The translations under genes were made by a program, and so were the position numbers. Under the pieces are notes generated by a model, which did not search any database, was not told the DNA's origin, and saw only the letters and a list, made by a program, of their open reading frames with translations. From Rubrobacteraceae bacterium (GTDB lineage: Bacteria; Actinomycetota; Rubrobacteria; Rubrobacterales; Rubrobacteraceae), in assembly GCA_965214435.1 (NCBI GenBank), contig OZ243960.1, positions 1,687,330 through 1,751,329 of the forward strand: a DNA stretch of 64,000 bases. Reading direction: 5' to 3'. Below are positions 19,586-28,946 of the stretch, piece by piece (position 1 is the first letter of the stretch; each line of letters begins with the position of its first letter).

Positions 19586-20692
19586 TTGGAGACTAAGGAC
19601 TTCTACAAAGTTTTAGGACTATCCAGGGGGGCTTCGCAGGAGGAGATCCGGCGGGCCTACCGTAAGTTGGCGCGTAAACATCACCCGGACGCCAACCGGG
19701 AGGACCCGGAATCGGAGAACCGTTTCAAGGAAGTCCAGCAAGCTTACGAAGTCCTCTCTAACCCCGAGCGGCGGCGGGAGTACGACGAAGGACCCCGAGC
19801 GTTCTTCGGGGGCTCGGCCCCAAACGCTGGCTCCCGGCCTCCTGGTCAGGGACGTGCTGACTTCTCCGACCTTTTCGGGAACTTCGGGGATATATTCGGC
19901 TCTTCCGGAGGACGCGACCCGGTCTCCACAAAAGGTGAGGATGTAACGGCGAGTGTTAACCTGAAGTTCAAGGATGCTCTATACGGGGTGACTACTCGGG
20001 TCGGGGTACCGGTTGAAGAAGAGTGCGTGGACTGCCAGGGTACGGGCGCGGCGGCCGGCACGGCGCCGAGGATCTGTCCGGAGTGCAGCGGCCGGGGCAC
20101 TAAGAGCCGGGACCAGGGATTTTTCGCGCTGTCGGGGCCTTGTTCCCGGTGCGGAGGCCGCGGGACGATCGTCGAGCGACCGTGCGCGACGTGTGCGGGG
20201 AATGGCCGGGTGCGGCGTTCCCGGCAGGTGACGGTAAAGATACCGGCCGGGGCAAAAGAGGGTACCAGGGTCCGGGTGCCGGGACGGGGTAATACCGGAA
20301 AAATGGGTGGTCCGAAAGGTGACCTTTACGTGGTCACTCGGATACCGGAGCATCCGGTCTTCAAGCGGCGCGGGGACGACTTCACTGTAGAGGTGCCGGT
20401 GAGCATCGTCGAGGCGGCGCTCGGTGGAGAGATAGAAGTTCCTCGACCGGAAGGGGGGACCGTAAGGCTCCGGCTACCGGCCGGTATCCAGGACGGCCGG
20501 CAGCTCAAGGTCCGGGGAGCCGGGGCGCCGAAGATCCGGGGTGAAGATCGGGGTGACCTTTTAGTAAAGGTAAAGGTATTGATCCCGGAGAAGCTTAACC
20601 GGCGGGAAAAAGAGATCCTGGAGGCGCTGGCCGACGAGCGCAACGAAGATGTCCGGGAAGAGTTGCGTCGGAAGGTCCGGCAGGCTGAGTAG
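19586..20692 (+). CDS. dnaJ: Molecular chaperone DnaJ
   Basis: J-domain DFYKVLGLSRGASQEEIRRAYRKLARKHHPD. A Gly-rich region. Four CxxCxGxG zinc-finger repeats. TTG start. Confidence 0.95.
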   Translation: METKDFYKVLGLSRGASQEEIRRAYRKLARKHHPDANREDPESENRFKEVQQAYEVLSNPERRREYDEGPRAFFGGSAPNAGSRPPGQGRADFSDLFGNFGDIFGSSGGRDPVSTKGEDVTASVNLKFKDALYGVTTRVGVPVEEECVDCQGTGAAAGTAPRICPECSGRGTKSRDQGFFALSGPCSRCGGRGTIVERPCATCAGNGRVRRSRQVTVKIPAGAKEGTRVRVPGRGNTGKMGGPKGDLYVVTRIPEHPVFKRRGDDFTVEVPVSIVEAALGGEIEVPRPEGGTVRLRLPAGIQDGRQLKVRGAGAPKIRGEDRGDLLVKVKVLIPEKLNRREKEILEALADERNEDVREELRRKVRQAE

Positions 20693-21118
20693 GTGGAAGG
20701 GCTGATAGGGGAAACCGTTATGGGCGCTAACGTTCGCAGAAGACCGGTTTACATGATCGGCATAGCCGCCGAGCTTATCGGAGTGCACCCGCAGACGCTG
20801 CGGATGTACGAGCAGAAGGGGCTTCTCTGCCCGCGCAAGAGCATAAAGAATACCCGGTTGTATTCTCAGGAAGATGTGGAGCGGGGCCGGTACATCCAGA
20901 AGCTTACCCAGGAGACGGGTATGAACCTGGCCGGGGTAAAAAAACTTTTCGACATGGAACGGAAGATAGAGCGGCTGCAGGCTGAGAACCGAGGCTTGCG
21001 CAAAGAGTTAGAGCATCTGGCTCAGGAGCACCGCCGGGTTCTCGAAGACGTACATCGCAGTTACAAGCGGGAGCTCGTGATCTTGCCTCGGGGCGAGCTT
21101 TCTAGAAGGAGACCTTGA
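20693..21118 (+). CDS. hspR: MerR-family heat-shock repressor HspR
   Basis: VYMIGIAAELIGVHPQTLRMYEQKGLLCPRKS..NTRLYSQEDV HTH plus a C-terminal coiled coil. Canonical position after dnaJ. The start may be the ATG at 20720. Confidence 0.85.
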   Translation: MEGLIGETVMGANVRRRPVYMIGIAAELIGVHPQTLRMYEQKGLLCPRKSIKNTRLYSQEDVERGRYIQKLTQETGMNLAGVKKLFDMERKIERLQAENRGLRKELEHLAQEHRRVLEDVHRSYKRELVILPRGELSRRRP

Positions 21119-21600
21119 TGGCCGATACTATGCACTGCTACCGGCACTCGGACCGGGAGACCCGCGTTTCCTGCGCGACGTGCGGCCGGCCCATATGCAC
21201 CGAGTGCATGCGGCAGACAGAGGTCGGGATAAAATGCCCGGAAGACGCCCAGCTCCCCCGGAGCGCCCGCGGCGGCGTGATGAAGTCCCGGCAGGTAGCG
21301 AAAACTCTCCTCGTCGGGGCCGGGGTCGCGCTCGCCGGTATCCCGGCCGCTTTCATAATTTTGTCCATAGGTTTCGGTAGCCTGATACTCGCCGGGTTCG
21401 GTGGTTACGGGGCGGGGCTTTTGATCCACCGGGCTGGAGGACGCAACGGCGGGCCGATAGCCATGAGCGTCGCGGGCGCCGCCATGGTGATCGCCTTCGC
21501 CCCCTGGCTCGCGGCTCCCATACTGAGCGGCAATTTCAACCTCTTCGGGATCCTGCCGGCGCTCGTGGCTATCGGGTTTGCGGTGTACAACACCCGTTGA
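21118..21600 (+). CDS. B-box/zinc-ribbon N-terminal domain membrane protein
   Basis: CYRHSDRETRVSCATCGRPICTECM, then 3-4 TM helices. Its ATG overlaps the hspR stop (TGATG). Confidence 0.6.
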   Translation: MADTMHCYRHSDRETRVSCATCGRPICTECMRQTEVGIKCPEDAQLPRSARGGVMKSRQVAKTLLVGAGVALAGIPAAFIILSIGFGSLILAGFGGYGAGLLIHRAGGRNGGPIAMSVAGAAMVIAFAPWLAAPILSGNFNLFGILPALVAIGFAVYNTR

Positions 21601-21628
21601 GCCGTAAATCCTGGAAAAGGAGCCGGGT

Positions 21629-24073
21629 GTGGACCTGAGCCGGCTGTCGCAGAACGCCCGGGAAGCGGTGGACGTGGCGAACGCCGTGGTCCGCCGCGGA
21701 CGGTCCAGTGTCCTCGGCACCGAGCATCTTCTGCTCGGTCTCCTTGCCCAGCAGGGCGGGGTTGTCCACCGGGTGTTCGGGGAGTTGGCGTTGGATCTCG
21801 GCCAGGCTCAGACCCGGATTAACGATGTGATCCGCCGCAACGAGCTTTCCCGGCCGCGCTCGGTGAACAGGACACCCGAAGCCTCCGGCGGTGGCATCCA
21901 GACCACCCCCCGGTGTCGCCGCGCTCTGGAACTCGCCGGAGAAGAGGCCGAGAGGAGCGCGAGCACCCACGTCGGTACCGAGCATCTGCTGCTGGGTCTG
22001 CTCGGGGTCCGCGATGGGGCGGCGGCCACCGTACTCGGGGGAGTGGGGCTTACGGAGGCCGACGCCCGCCGGGTCCTAGGCAAGATGCGGGGGGAGGGCT
22101 CCCTGGAGGACGACTCTGATAGCCTGCTCGTCCGCCACGGCCGGGACCTCACGAGATTAGCGCGGGAAGGAGACCTCGACCCCGTGGTCGGACGGGACGA
22201 GGAGATCTCCCGGATGCTCCAGATCCTGACCCGCCGCACCAAGAATAACCCCGCCCTCGTCGGGGAGCCGGGCGTCGGCAAGACCGCCATAGTAGAAGGT
22301 CTCGCCCAGAAGATAGCTCGGGGCTACGTCCCGGAGGCTCTCAAGAACAAGACTATCGTAACGCTCGACCTCGGTTCGCTGGTCGCCGGCACCAAGTTCC
22401 GGGACGAGTTTGAGGAACGCCTGAAAGGTGTTATAGACGAGGTGAAAAGCTCGCGGGGGCGGGTGATCCTGTTCGTCGACGAGCTACACAATATCGCGGG
22501 AGCCGGCGCGGCGGAGGGGGCGATGGATGCCGGGGAGATCCTCAAGCCGCCACTCGCCCGGGGCGAGGTGCAGATGGTCGGGGCGACCACCATCGACGAG
22601 TACCGACGTTTTATAGAACCTGACGCGGCTCTGGAGCGGCGTCTGCAGCCGATACTCGTCGAGGAGCCGACGGAAGCCGAGACCGTCGAGATCCTGCGGG
22701 GCCTCAAAAACCGCTACGAGGAGCATCACGAGGTCGAAATATCCGATAGAGCCCTCGAAGCCGCGGCCCACCTCTCAAACCGCTACATCTCCGCCCGCTT
22801 TCTGCCGGATAAGGCCGTAGACCTCCTGGACGAGGCCGCGAGCCAGCTCCGCATTAGCACCACGATGGTGCCCGACGACCTCCGGGAACTGGAGCTGGAG
22901 TTGGAAGAGGTAACCCGTGAAGGAGCCGGGGCCGTTGAGGAGCGCGACTACGAGCGGGCCGCCCGGCTCCGCAGCGAGGCCGATATCCTGCAAGCCCGCT
23001 ATCAGGAGCAGAAGAGTCACTGGCTAGAAGAGAGCGGGGCAAACGAAGCCGTCGTGGGGCGGGAGGAGATCGCCGGGGTCGTGAGCGTCCGGACGGGCAT
23101 CCCCGTCACCCGGATGCTCAAGGCCGAAGCGGAGCGGCTCCTCTCGATGGAAGGATCCCTCCACGAGCGGGTCGTCGGTCAGAAAGCGGCCGTCACCGCG
23201 GTCTCTGAGGCCGTCCGGCGGGCCCGGGCCGGCCTCTCAAACCCCAACCGCCCGATAGGCAGCTTTATATTTCTCGGTCCTACCGGTGTTGGCAAGACGG
23301 AACTCGCCCGGGCGCTGGCCGGGTACCTGTTCGACGACGAGAACGCCATGATCCGGCTCGACATGTCCGAGTATATGGAGCGCCACGCCACGAGCCGGCT
23401 CGTCGGCGCCCCGCCCGGCTATGTCGGTTACGACGAGGGCGGGCAGCTAACCGAAGCCGTAAGACGCCGGCCCTACTCGGTTATCCTGCTAGATGAAATA
23501 GAAAAAGCCCACCCGGACGTCTTTAATACGCTGCTCCAACTCTTGGAAGACGGCCGCCTGACGGATAATAAAGGCCGCACGGTCTCATTCAATAACGCCG
23601 TGATCATAATGACTTCGAACGCCGGGGCGCACCTGATCCCCGAGCCCCAATCTATAGAAGGCCGCGAAGAAGAGCTTCACGACCAGCTCCTGGAAGAGCT
23701 ACAGCGCTACTTCCGTCCCGAGTTCCTAAACCGGGTGGATGAGATCATCGTCTTCCACGCCCTGGGCGAGGACGAACTCGACCGCATTGCTGCCCTCCTG
23801 CTCGACGCCCTGCGGGAGACCGCCGCCCGCCAGAACATCCACCTGCTCTTCTCCGAAGCCGTTGTCCAGCATGTAGCCAAAGAAGGCTACGACTCACGCT
23901 TCGGAGCCCGTCCCCTGCGCCGGGCGGTACAGAAGCTCATAGAATCCCCTCTCAGCCGGGAGTTGATCTCGGGCCGCTTTTCGTCCGGGACCACCGTGCG
24001 GGCAGACCTCGACGACTCCGGCGAGATTTCCTTCCAGTCACTACCCGACCAAGAAACCGCCACCCTATCCTAA
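21629..24073 (+). CDS. Hsp100/Clp family AAA+ chaperone (ClpB position, ClpC-type architecture)
   Basis: 814 aa. Clp_N repeats. Walker A motifs GEPGVGKT and GPTGVGKT. Short M-domain carrying [12 protein letters not shown]. See the finding for the missing ClpP loop. Confidence 0.9.
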   Translation: MDLSRLSQNAREAVDVANAVVRRGRSSVLGTEHLLLGLLAQQGGVVHRVFGELALDLGQAQTRINDVIRRNELSRPRSVNRTPEASGGGIQTTPRCRRALELAGEEAERSASTHVGTEHLLLGLLGVRDGAAATVLGGVGLTEADARRVLGKMRGEGSLEDDSDSLLVRHGRDLTRLAREGDLDPVVGRDEEISRMLQILTRRTKNNPALVGEPGVGKTAIVEGLAQKIARGYVPEALKNKTIVTLDLGSLVAGTKFRDEFEERLKGVIDEVKSSRGRVILFVDELHNIAGAGAAEGAMDAGEILKPPLARGEVQMVGATTIDEYRRFIEPDAALERRLQPILVEEPTEAETVEILRGLKNRYEEHHEVEISDRALEAAAHLSNRYISARFLPDKAVDLLDEAASQLRISTTMVPDDLRELELELEEVTREGAGAVEERDYERAARLRSEADILQARYQEQKSHWLEESGANEAVVGREEIAGVVSVRTGIPVTRMLKAEAERLLSMEGSLHERVVGQKAAVTAVSEAVRRARAGLSNPNRPIGSFIFLGPTGVGKTELARALAGYLFDDENAMIRLDMSEYMERHATSRLVGAPPGYVGYDEGGQLTEAVRRRPYSVILLDEIEKAHPDVFNTLLQLLEDGRLTDNKGRTVSFNNAVIIMTSNAGAHLIPEPQSIEGREEELHDQLLEELQRYFRPEFLNRVDEIIVFHALGEDELDRIAALLLDALRETAARQNIHLLFSEAVVQHVAKEGYDSRFGARPLRRAVQKLIESPLSRELISGRFSSGTTVRADLDDSGEISFQSLPDQETATLS

Positions 24074-24214
24074 AAAACCACCCTATAGCAGTACTTAAAT
24101 CTTTGTAGAGGGCTAGATCATACCGCCTTCAAAAACTTACTGCGCCCGATTACCCGCTACAAAGCCGAAAGTCGTGCAAAACACCGTTCAGGAAAAGCTA
24201 ACGTTACCTACAGG

Positions 24215-24264
24215 TTTAATTACACTTAACCTCCAGGTAAAATTATACCTCAAGGTGAGGTATA
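24215..24264 (+). promoter_or_regulatory. Candidate promoter plus perfect palindrome (operator or 5' stem-loop)
   Basis: TTTAAT (24215-20), N17, TAAAAT (24238-43). Immediately after comes TATACCTCA-AGG-TGAGGTATA (24244-64). Lies in a low-GC intergenic region. Confidence 0.35.
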
Positions 24265-24309
24265 GGGTAGAAAAATACTTTCGCGAACTATAGCGCAGCC
24301 TCTAGAGCC

Positions 24310-24867
24310 ATGCTAGGGTTGATTTCCATGAGAGAAGACATGGAACATATAAGAGGCTTACTGGACGACATCGAGGCTATCTTTGAGGACGCCTCTCGGG
24401 TGCCGATGCGGAGAGGTCGGGTGGTCGTGGACCGCTCGGACCTGCTCGGTCTACTGGACGATATCCGGGGTTCTCTGCCGGCTGAGTTTTCCAAAGCCGA
24501 AGAAGTCCGGAGAGAGTGCAGGTCCGTACTCGCCGACGGCGAGGAAGAGGCCGGGCGGATAATAAAGAATGCCCGGGCGGAAGCTGAGGATCGCGTTCAC
24601 GAGACGGAGGTACTCCGTCGCTCGCGACGGCGGGCGGACGAGATGACCAACCGGGCCGAGGACTACGCCGAGGAGATATCCGACGGCTCCGAGGCTTACC
24701 GGGACCAGATCATGCTGCAACTCGAAAACTGGTTCCAAGATTCATTGGATTCCGTGGCGGAGTCCAGGGAAGAGCTAAACGCGGGAGCCCGGATGCCCGC
24801 GCGTGCGGAAACGGCTGAGCAGGAACCTGGCGAAAGCGACCAGAGTTGGCGGGCAAACTCAGCCTGA
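24310..24867 (+). CDS. Hypothetical coiled-coil protein (ATP-synthase-b/V-ATPase-H-like helical repeats)
   Basis: 185-aa ORF with charged helical sequence (AEEVRRECRSVLADGEEEAGRIIKNARAEAEDRV). The start codon is uncertain because no clear SD is present. Confidence 0.5.
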   Translation: MLGLISMREDMEHIRGLLDDIEAIFEDASRVPMRRGRVVVDRSDLLGLLDDIRGSLPAEFSKAEEVRRECRSVLADGEEEAGRIIKNARAEAEDRVHETEVLRRSRRRADEMTNRAEDYAEEISDGSEAYRDQIMLQLENWFQDSLDSVAESREELNAGARMPARAETAEQEPGESDQSWRANSA

Positions 24868-25034
24868 CCAGCTCTCTCGAAAGAGGTGTCGGCCCCACTC
24901 TCTAGAGCTTCGTGCGGTCGCCGCAATTGATAATATTACTCTCGGGTTTGCCCAGGGCTGGACAAGCAGCTTCTCTCCGAGATAGCCTGGTGAGAACCGG
25001 GCGCTCCGCAAATCTGCTGTAGATTCGGGAGGTT

Positions 25035-25850
25035 TTAGCGGTCTCGCCGGGTGTCTGGTGGAGAAAGGGTCTCCTGGAGGGCATCGAGACGTGAGTTCAG
25101 GGCTCTGAGGTCGGTGTTCAGGCCGCTGGCCGCACTGCTAGCCGCCTCGCCGGTCTCCAGGGAGATGCGGACCACCTTAGCCCTCAAAGCCAGTAGCCGG
25201 TCCACCATCCCGGAGATCTCCGCGTCCGCTTCCTGAACTTTCTTCCGCAAGTCTTCGAGGCTGGCCGCCAAGCCCTGTTGGTCGCTGCTCGCGGACCTCT
25301 CCGGGCCGCCCGGAGCCTGCGGTTCTAGTTCGTGGATGGCTCCGGCAGCCTCTTCTCTCAAGTGGGCGAGGTCTACGAGGCGGTCGGCGGCACCGTGCAA
25401 CCCCGGTATCGCGTCCTCCAGGACTTCCCGCGTTACCTCATCGGAGTTCTCGATAGCGGCCAATACTTTCCGGTGGATTTCCAGGGCCGCCTCGACCTTC
25501 TGCCGGGTCTCTCCGCGGGGTAGCCAGCGGGCGCGGCGCTCGGGAGAGGCGTCGGTCTGCCGGGGTATCTCGGGGTGAGGGGTGCTCCCGCGGCCTTCTA
25601 GTACCCGGTTCTGGAAAATCGGGTCTCTGACGGCCAGAAAGACGAGGGCTGCGTAGGTGAGCAGGGTGAGGATAGGGGGCCAGATGGAAAGGGTGATAAT
25701 GGAAAAGACCACACCCACCGCGAGCACGAGCACGTTCATTGGCTTCCGGAGGGCTGCGAGGGTCAAGCGCCGCCGGTCTTCCGGGGAGAGGTCTTTACCG
25801 GAATTTCTGTCCGGTAACTGCTCGTTCCTCCGGTGTTCAGGTCCCTGCAT
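25035..25850 (-). CDS. Hypothetical membrane protein (2 TM plus coiled coil)
   Basis: TM pair VLVLAVGVVFSIITLSIWPPILTLLTYAALVFLAV, then helical Ala/Glu/Arg-rich sequence. It overlaps the upstream gene end by 14 nt. Confidence 0.5.
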   Translation of the reverse strand: MQGPEHRRNEQLPDRNSGKDLSPEDRRRLTLAALRKPMNVLVLAVGVVFSIITLSIWPPILTLLTYAALVFLAVRDPIFQNRVLEGRGSTPHPEIPRQTDASPERRARWLPRGETRQKVEAALEIHRKVLAAIENSDEVTREVLEDAIPGLHGAADRLVDLAHLREEAAGAIHELEPQAPGGPERSASSDQQGLAASLEDLRKKVQEADAEISGMVDRLLALRAKVVRISLETGEAASSAASGLNTDLRALNSRLDALQETLSPPDTRRDR

Positions 25851-26673
25851 CGCTACCGCTCCGAGGTTCGTCTGCGGGTGTCAGAAGGACGCGGTCTCCG
25901 GCTTTCAGCGCGAGAGCCCGGGCGGCGTTGCCCTGGTTTATGGAGATGCTCAACCGCCGGTGGGAATCTGGGACCAGGAGTAGATCTCCGAGCTTTGAAG
26001 CGCCGAAGGTCTCGACGTAGCAGGCTTCCACGGCAGTCTCACTGGTCCGGACCCTGAAGCAGGTCCCGTACTGAAGGCCGGGGGCATCTTGAGGAATGGC
26101 GAGCCGGACGTTACCGTAACGGTCGACGTCTAAAACCCTGGTTTCTAGCGCACGCCCGGCGTCGGTTCGGGCAGTTGCTGGGGACTCCAACCTCACTAGA
26201 GAAGCGGGATCTACGGTTTCTCCAAGCTCTGTGAGGTCCACGCCCGCTGCGAGGTGCGCCGCCGCCGGAGAAAAGATATCCCGGCCGTGAAAGGTGCTGG
26301 ATACCGGGTGCAGGTAGTATCGCTCGTCTGTCAGGTGCACGGCTGCCTCTATCCCGCCCAGCGTCTCCACCGCCGGGAACAGGAGACCGTTGTCTGGACC
26401 CACGAGCATAGAGCCGTGGACGCTCTGGAGCGCGACCGCCCGCCGGTCGGTGCCCACCTCCGGGTCGATCACGGCCAGGTAAACCGTATCCTCGGGCATG
26501 TATCGGGTCGCTTGCTCTAGTGTCTCCGCACCCGGTGCGAGGCCGAAACTCGGTACCTCGTGTGACAGGTCTATTACCGGTGAACGCGGCGCGATGCGCA
26601 ACATAACGCCTTTGCAGGTCCCGACAAAGTCGTCGGTGAGCCCGAAGTCCGATAGAAAGCAGATAGGCTTCAT
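25837..26673 (-). CDS. SAM hydrolase / SAM-dependent halogenase family protein (DUF62, SAM hydroxide adenosyltransferase)
   Basis: MKPICFLSDFGLTDDFVGTCKG, AVIDPEVGT, VGPDNGLL and FHGRDIFSPAAAHLA. ATG at 26673. Confidence 0.8.
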   Translation of the reverse strand: MKPICFLSDFGLTDDFVGTCKGVMLRIAPRSPVIDLSHEVPSFGLAPGAETLEQATRYMPEDTVYLAVIDPEVGTDRRAVALQSVHGSMLVGPDNGLLFPAVETLGGIEAAVHLTDERYYLHPVSSTFHGRDIFSPAAAHLAAGVDLTELGETVDPASLVRLESPATARTDAGRALETRVLDVDRYGNVRLAIPQDAPGLQYGTCFRVRTSETAVEACYVETFGASKLGDLLLVPDSHRRLSISINQGNAARALALKAGDRVLLTPADEPRSGSDAGT

Positions 26674-26723
26674 GCCCGTAGTATACCGGGGCACGGGCGG
26701 ACTGATTCCCCGGTATACCGCCG

Positions 26724-27584
26724 CTAGTCGGTCATGGGGCCTGTGGTCCGGCCGAGCGCCCGTTGCAGCGCGTAGTAGCCCCGGATGCCTTCCCGGGCTA
26801 TACGAGCCCGCACCGGGTGTATGCGACGCTCGTGCGCCCCGACGTACCGTTCCTCAAAGCCGCCGAACTTTTTCTTGAACTGATACACGCCCCACAGAGG
26901 GTGGTCCTTGCGCGGCTCGCAGGGGATGCCCCACATGTCGTACCGGCGTACGCCGCGGGCCCGGACCGCCGCCAGGGCTTCCCACTGGACCAGGTAGGAT
27001 GCGTAGATATCGTTGGCCGCGCTGGAAGAGGCCCCGTAGAGGTAGTATGCCTCTTCGTTGAAAGTTAGAACGACGGCTCCCGCGACGACCTGGTCTTTGT
27101 GGCGGGCCAGGATCAGATCCGCCGGTAAGTCTCGCATGAGTTGCCGGTACCACTCGCGGGACCTCAGGGCGAAGCGCTGGCGTCTTGCGGTCTGCTCCAA
27201 CAGACCCAGGAACACCTCAAGGTCCTGTGAGACGTTATCCGAGGGTCGGGCCTCGACGCCCTCACGACCAGCCCGCCGCACCCCGTAGCGGGTGTCTTTC
27301 GGTAGCGCCGCCAGTTGCTCGTCCGGGTCTTCGAGCACCGGAACGATCAGGGTGCACCGCGGCTGTATAGAACTGGACTGCCGAACGAAACCTTCGACCG
27401 CGAGGCTGCGCTCTTCTTCTATCCGGGGCTCTACCTGGAGTAGGAAAGCTCCCCGGTCTTTTACGTAAGCCGCGACGGACCCGGCGGCTTCGCCCAGCAC
27501 TCTGGGATCCGCCGCACCGGAGACGAGCGGACCGTGCGGGGCGTAGGCCAGGGAGCCGAGTCCTGGAAACCCCGGCGAGAGCAA
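26724..27584 (-). CDS. FemAB-family peptidoglycan bridge-formation aminoacyltransferase; coding sequence apparently continues to 27775 across a frame disruption
   Basis: C-terminal YLYGASS, YASYLVQWEA, RRYDMWGI and FKKKFGG. The hallmark QSWEWGEF is encoded in frame upstream of the first canonical start (27584). Confidence 0.75.
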   Translation of the reverse strand: MLSPGFPGLGSLAYAPHGPLVSGAADPRVLGEAAGSVAAYVKDRGAFLLQVEPRIEEERSLAVEGFVRQSSSIQPRCTLIVPVLEDPDEQLAALPKDTRYGVRRAGREGVEARPSDNVSQDLEVFLGLLEQTARRQRFALRSREWYRQLMRDLPADLILARHKDQVVAGAVVLTFNEEAYYLYGASSSAANDIYASYLVQWEALAAVRARGVRRYDMWGIPCEPRKDHPLWGVYQFKKKFGGFEERYVGAHERRIHPVRARIAREGIRGYYALQRALGRTTGPMTD

Positions 27585-27827
27585 GACCTGGCAGGCTATC
27601 TCCCCTTCGGAATCCTCCAGCCGGAGAGGTTCCCAGCCGTGTCGCCGGCGGAACTCTCCCCACTCCCACGACTGGAGTATGCCGCCGCCCAGACCGCCGA
27701 CCCTAGCGTTCCAGGAAGTCTTATCTGGAACTTCTCGTAGAAAGGCTCGTTCCTCCGTAGTCTCCGGGCTACCATCACCCCGTCCAATGCTGTCCGGTTA
27801 CAATTATCCGGGAAAGAAGACTTGTTA

Positions 27828-28946
27828 TCAACGGGCTAGGTCTCTTCCGAGAGACTTCACCATGAGCCGGAAGTTCTGTGGCTTGCTGGAGGACGCCAGG
27901 GCTTCTTCGTAGTTTACCCGGCCCTCCTCGACGAGCTTTAGTAGCGCCTGGTCAAAGGTCTGCATACCGTAGTACTCGCCCTCGGCGATAGCCTCCTGGA
28001 TCTGGCCGGTCTGCTCGGGGTCCATGATGAAGTCCTGCACGCGCCCGGTGGCTACCATCACTTCGCAGGCGGCCGCCCGGCCCTTGCCGTCCTTGGTACG
28101 CAGCAGCCGCTGCCCGATAATGCCTTTGAGAGTGCCGGCGAGCATGGTCCGGACCTGTCCCCGCTCGTGCGGCGGAAAGAGGTCTATCACCCGGTTTATC
28201 GTCTCCGTGGCGTCTACGGTGTGGAGTGTGGAGAGGACCAGGTGGCCGGTCTCCGCCGCCGAGAGCGCTATCTGGGCGCTCTCTGAGTCCCGGATCTCCC
28301 CGATCAGGATTATGTCCGGGTCCTGGCGCAGAACCCGCTTTAGAGCCCGCGAGAAGGAGACCGTATCAGACCCGACCTCCCGCTGGTTTATGATGCTCAT
28401 CTTGTCCCGGTGCAGGAACTCTATTGGGTCCTCTATGGTGACGATGTGCTTGGCGCTCGTAGTATTGACCAGGTTTATCATCGAAGCCAGCGTCGTCGAC
28501 TTACCACTACCGGTGGTGCCGGTAACCAGGATGATCCCGCGTTCCTCCTTGGAGAGCATCCGGATGCTCTCGGGCAGGTTTAAATCATCGAATTCCGGTA
28601 CCCCAAACGGTATAAAACGCATGACGATGGAAATGGAGCCCCGCTGCCGGAAAGCGTTTACCCGGAACCGTCCCACCCCGGAGACCGCATACGAGAAGTC
28701 AGCCTCGCCATCTTTCTGAAACTCCGCCGCTGAAGTCTCCGGGACAATGCTCTCCAATAGACCTTCAGTATCAGCCGGAAGCAGGTTTTCATAACCTTCC
28801 AGGTAGGTTAACTGGCCGTTGACCCGCGTGGCCGGCGCGGACCCCACTTTTAGATGCAGGTCGCTGCCCCCCGTCTCGACAAGACCGGTTACCAGCGTCT
28901 CTATGCTCAACTCTTCCACTACCCGTAGCTCCTCTTCCGACTGCAC
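27828..28946 (-). CDS. pilT: Type IV pilus twitching-motility ATPase PilT
   Basis: 372 aa. SDLHL, Walker A GTTGSGKST, Asp box, Walker B ILIGEIRD and His box LVLSTLHT. GTG start. Confidence 0.9.
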   Translation of the reverse strand: MQSEEELRVVEELSIETLVTGLVETGGSDLHLKVGSAPATRVNGQLTYLEGYENLLPADTEGLLESIVPETSAAEFQKDGEADFSYAVSGVGRFRVNAFRQRGSISIVMRFIPFGVPEFDDLNLPESIRMLSKEERGIILVTGTTGSGKSTTLASMINLVNTTSAKHIVTIEDPIEFLHRDKMSIINQREVGSDTVSFSRALKRVLRQDPDIILIGEIRDSESAQIALSAAETGHLVLSTLHTVDATETINRVIDLFPPHERGQVRTMLAGTLKGIIGQRLLRTKDGKGRAAACEVMVATGRVQDFIMDPEQTGQIQEAIAEGEYYGMQTFDQALLKLVEEGRVNYEEALASSSKPQNFRLMVKSLGRDLAR

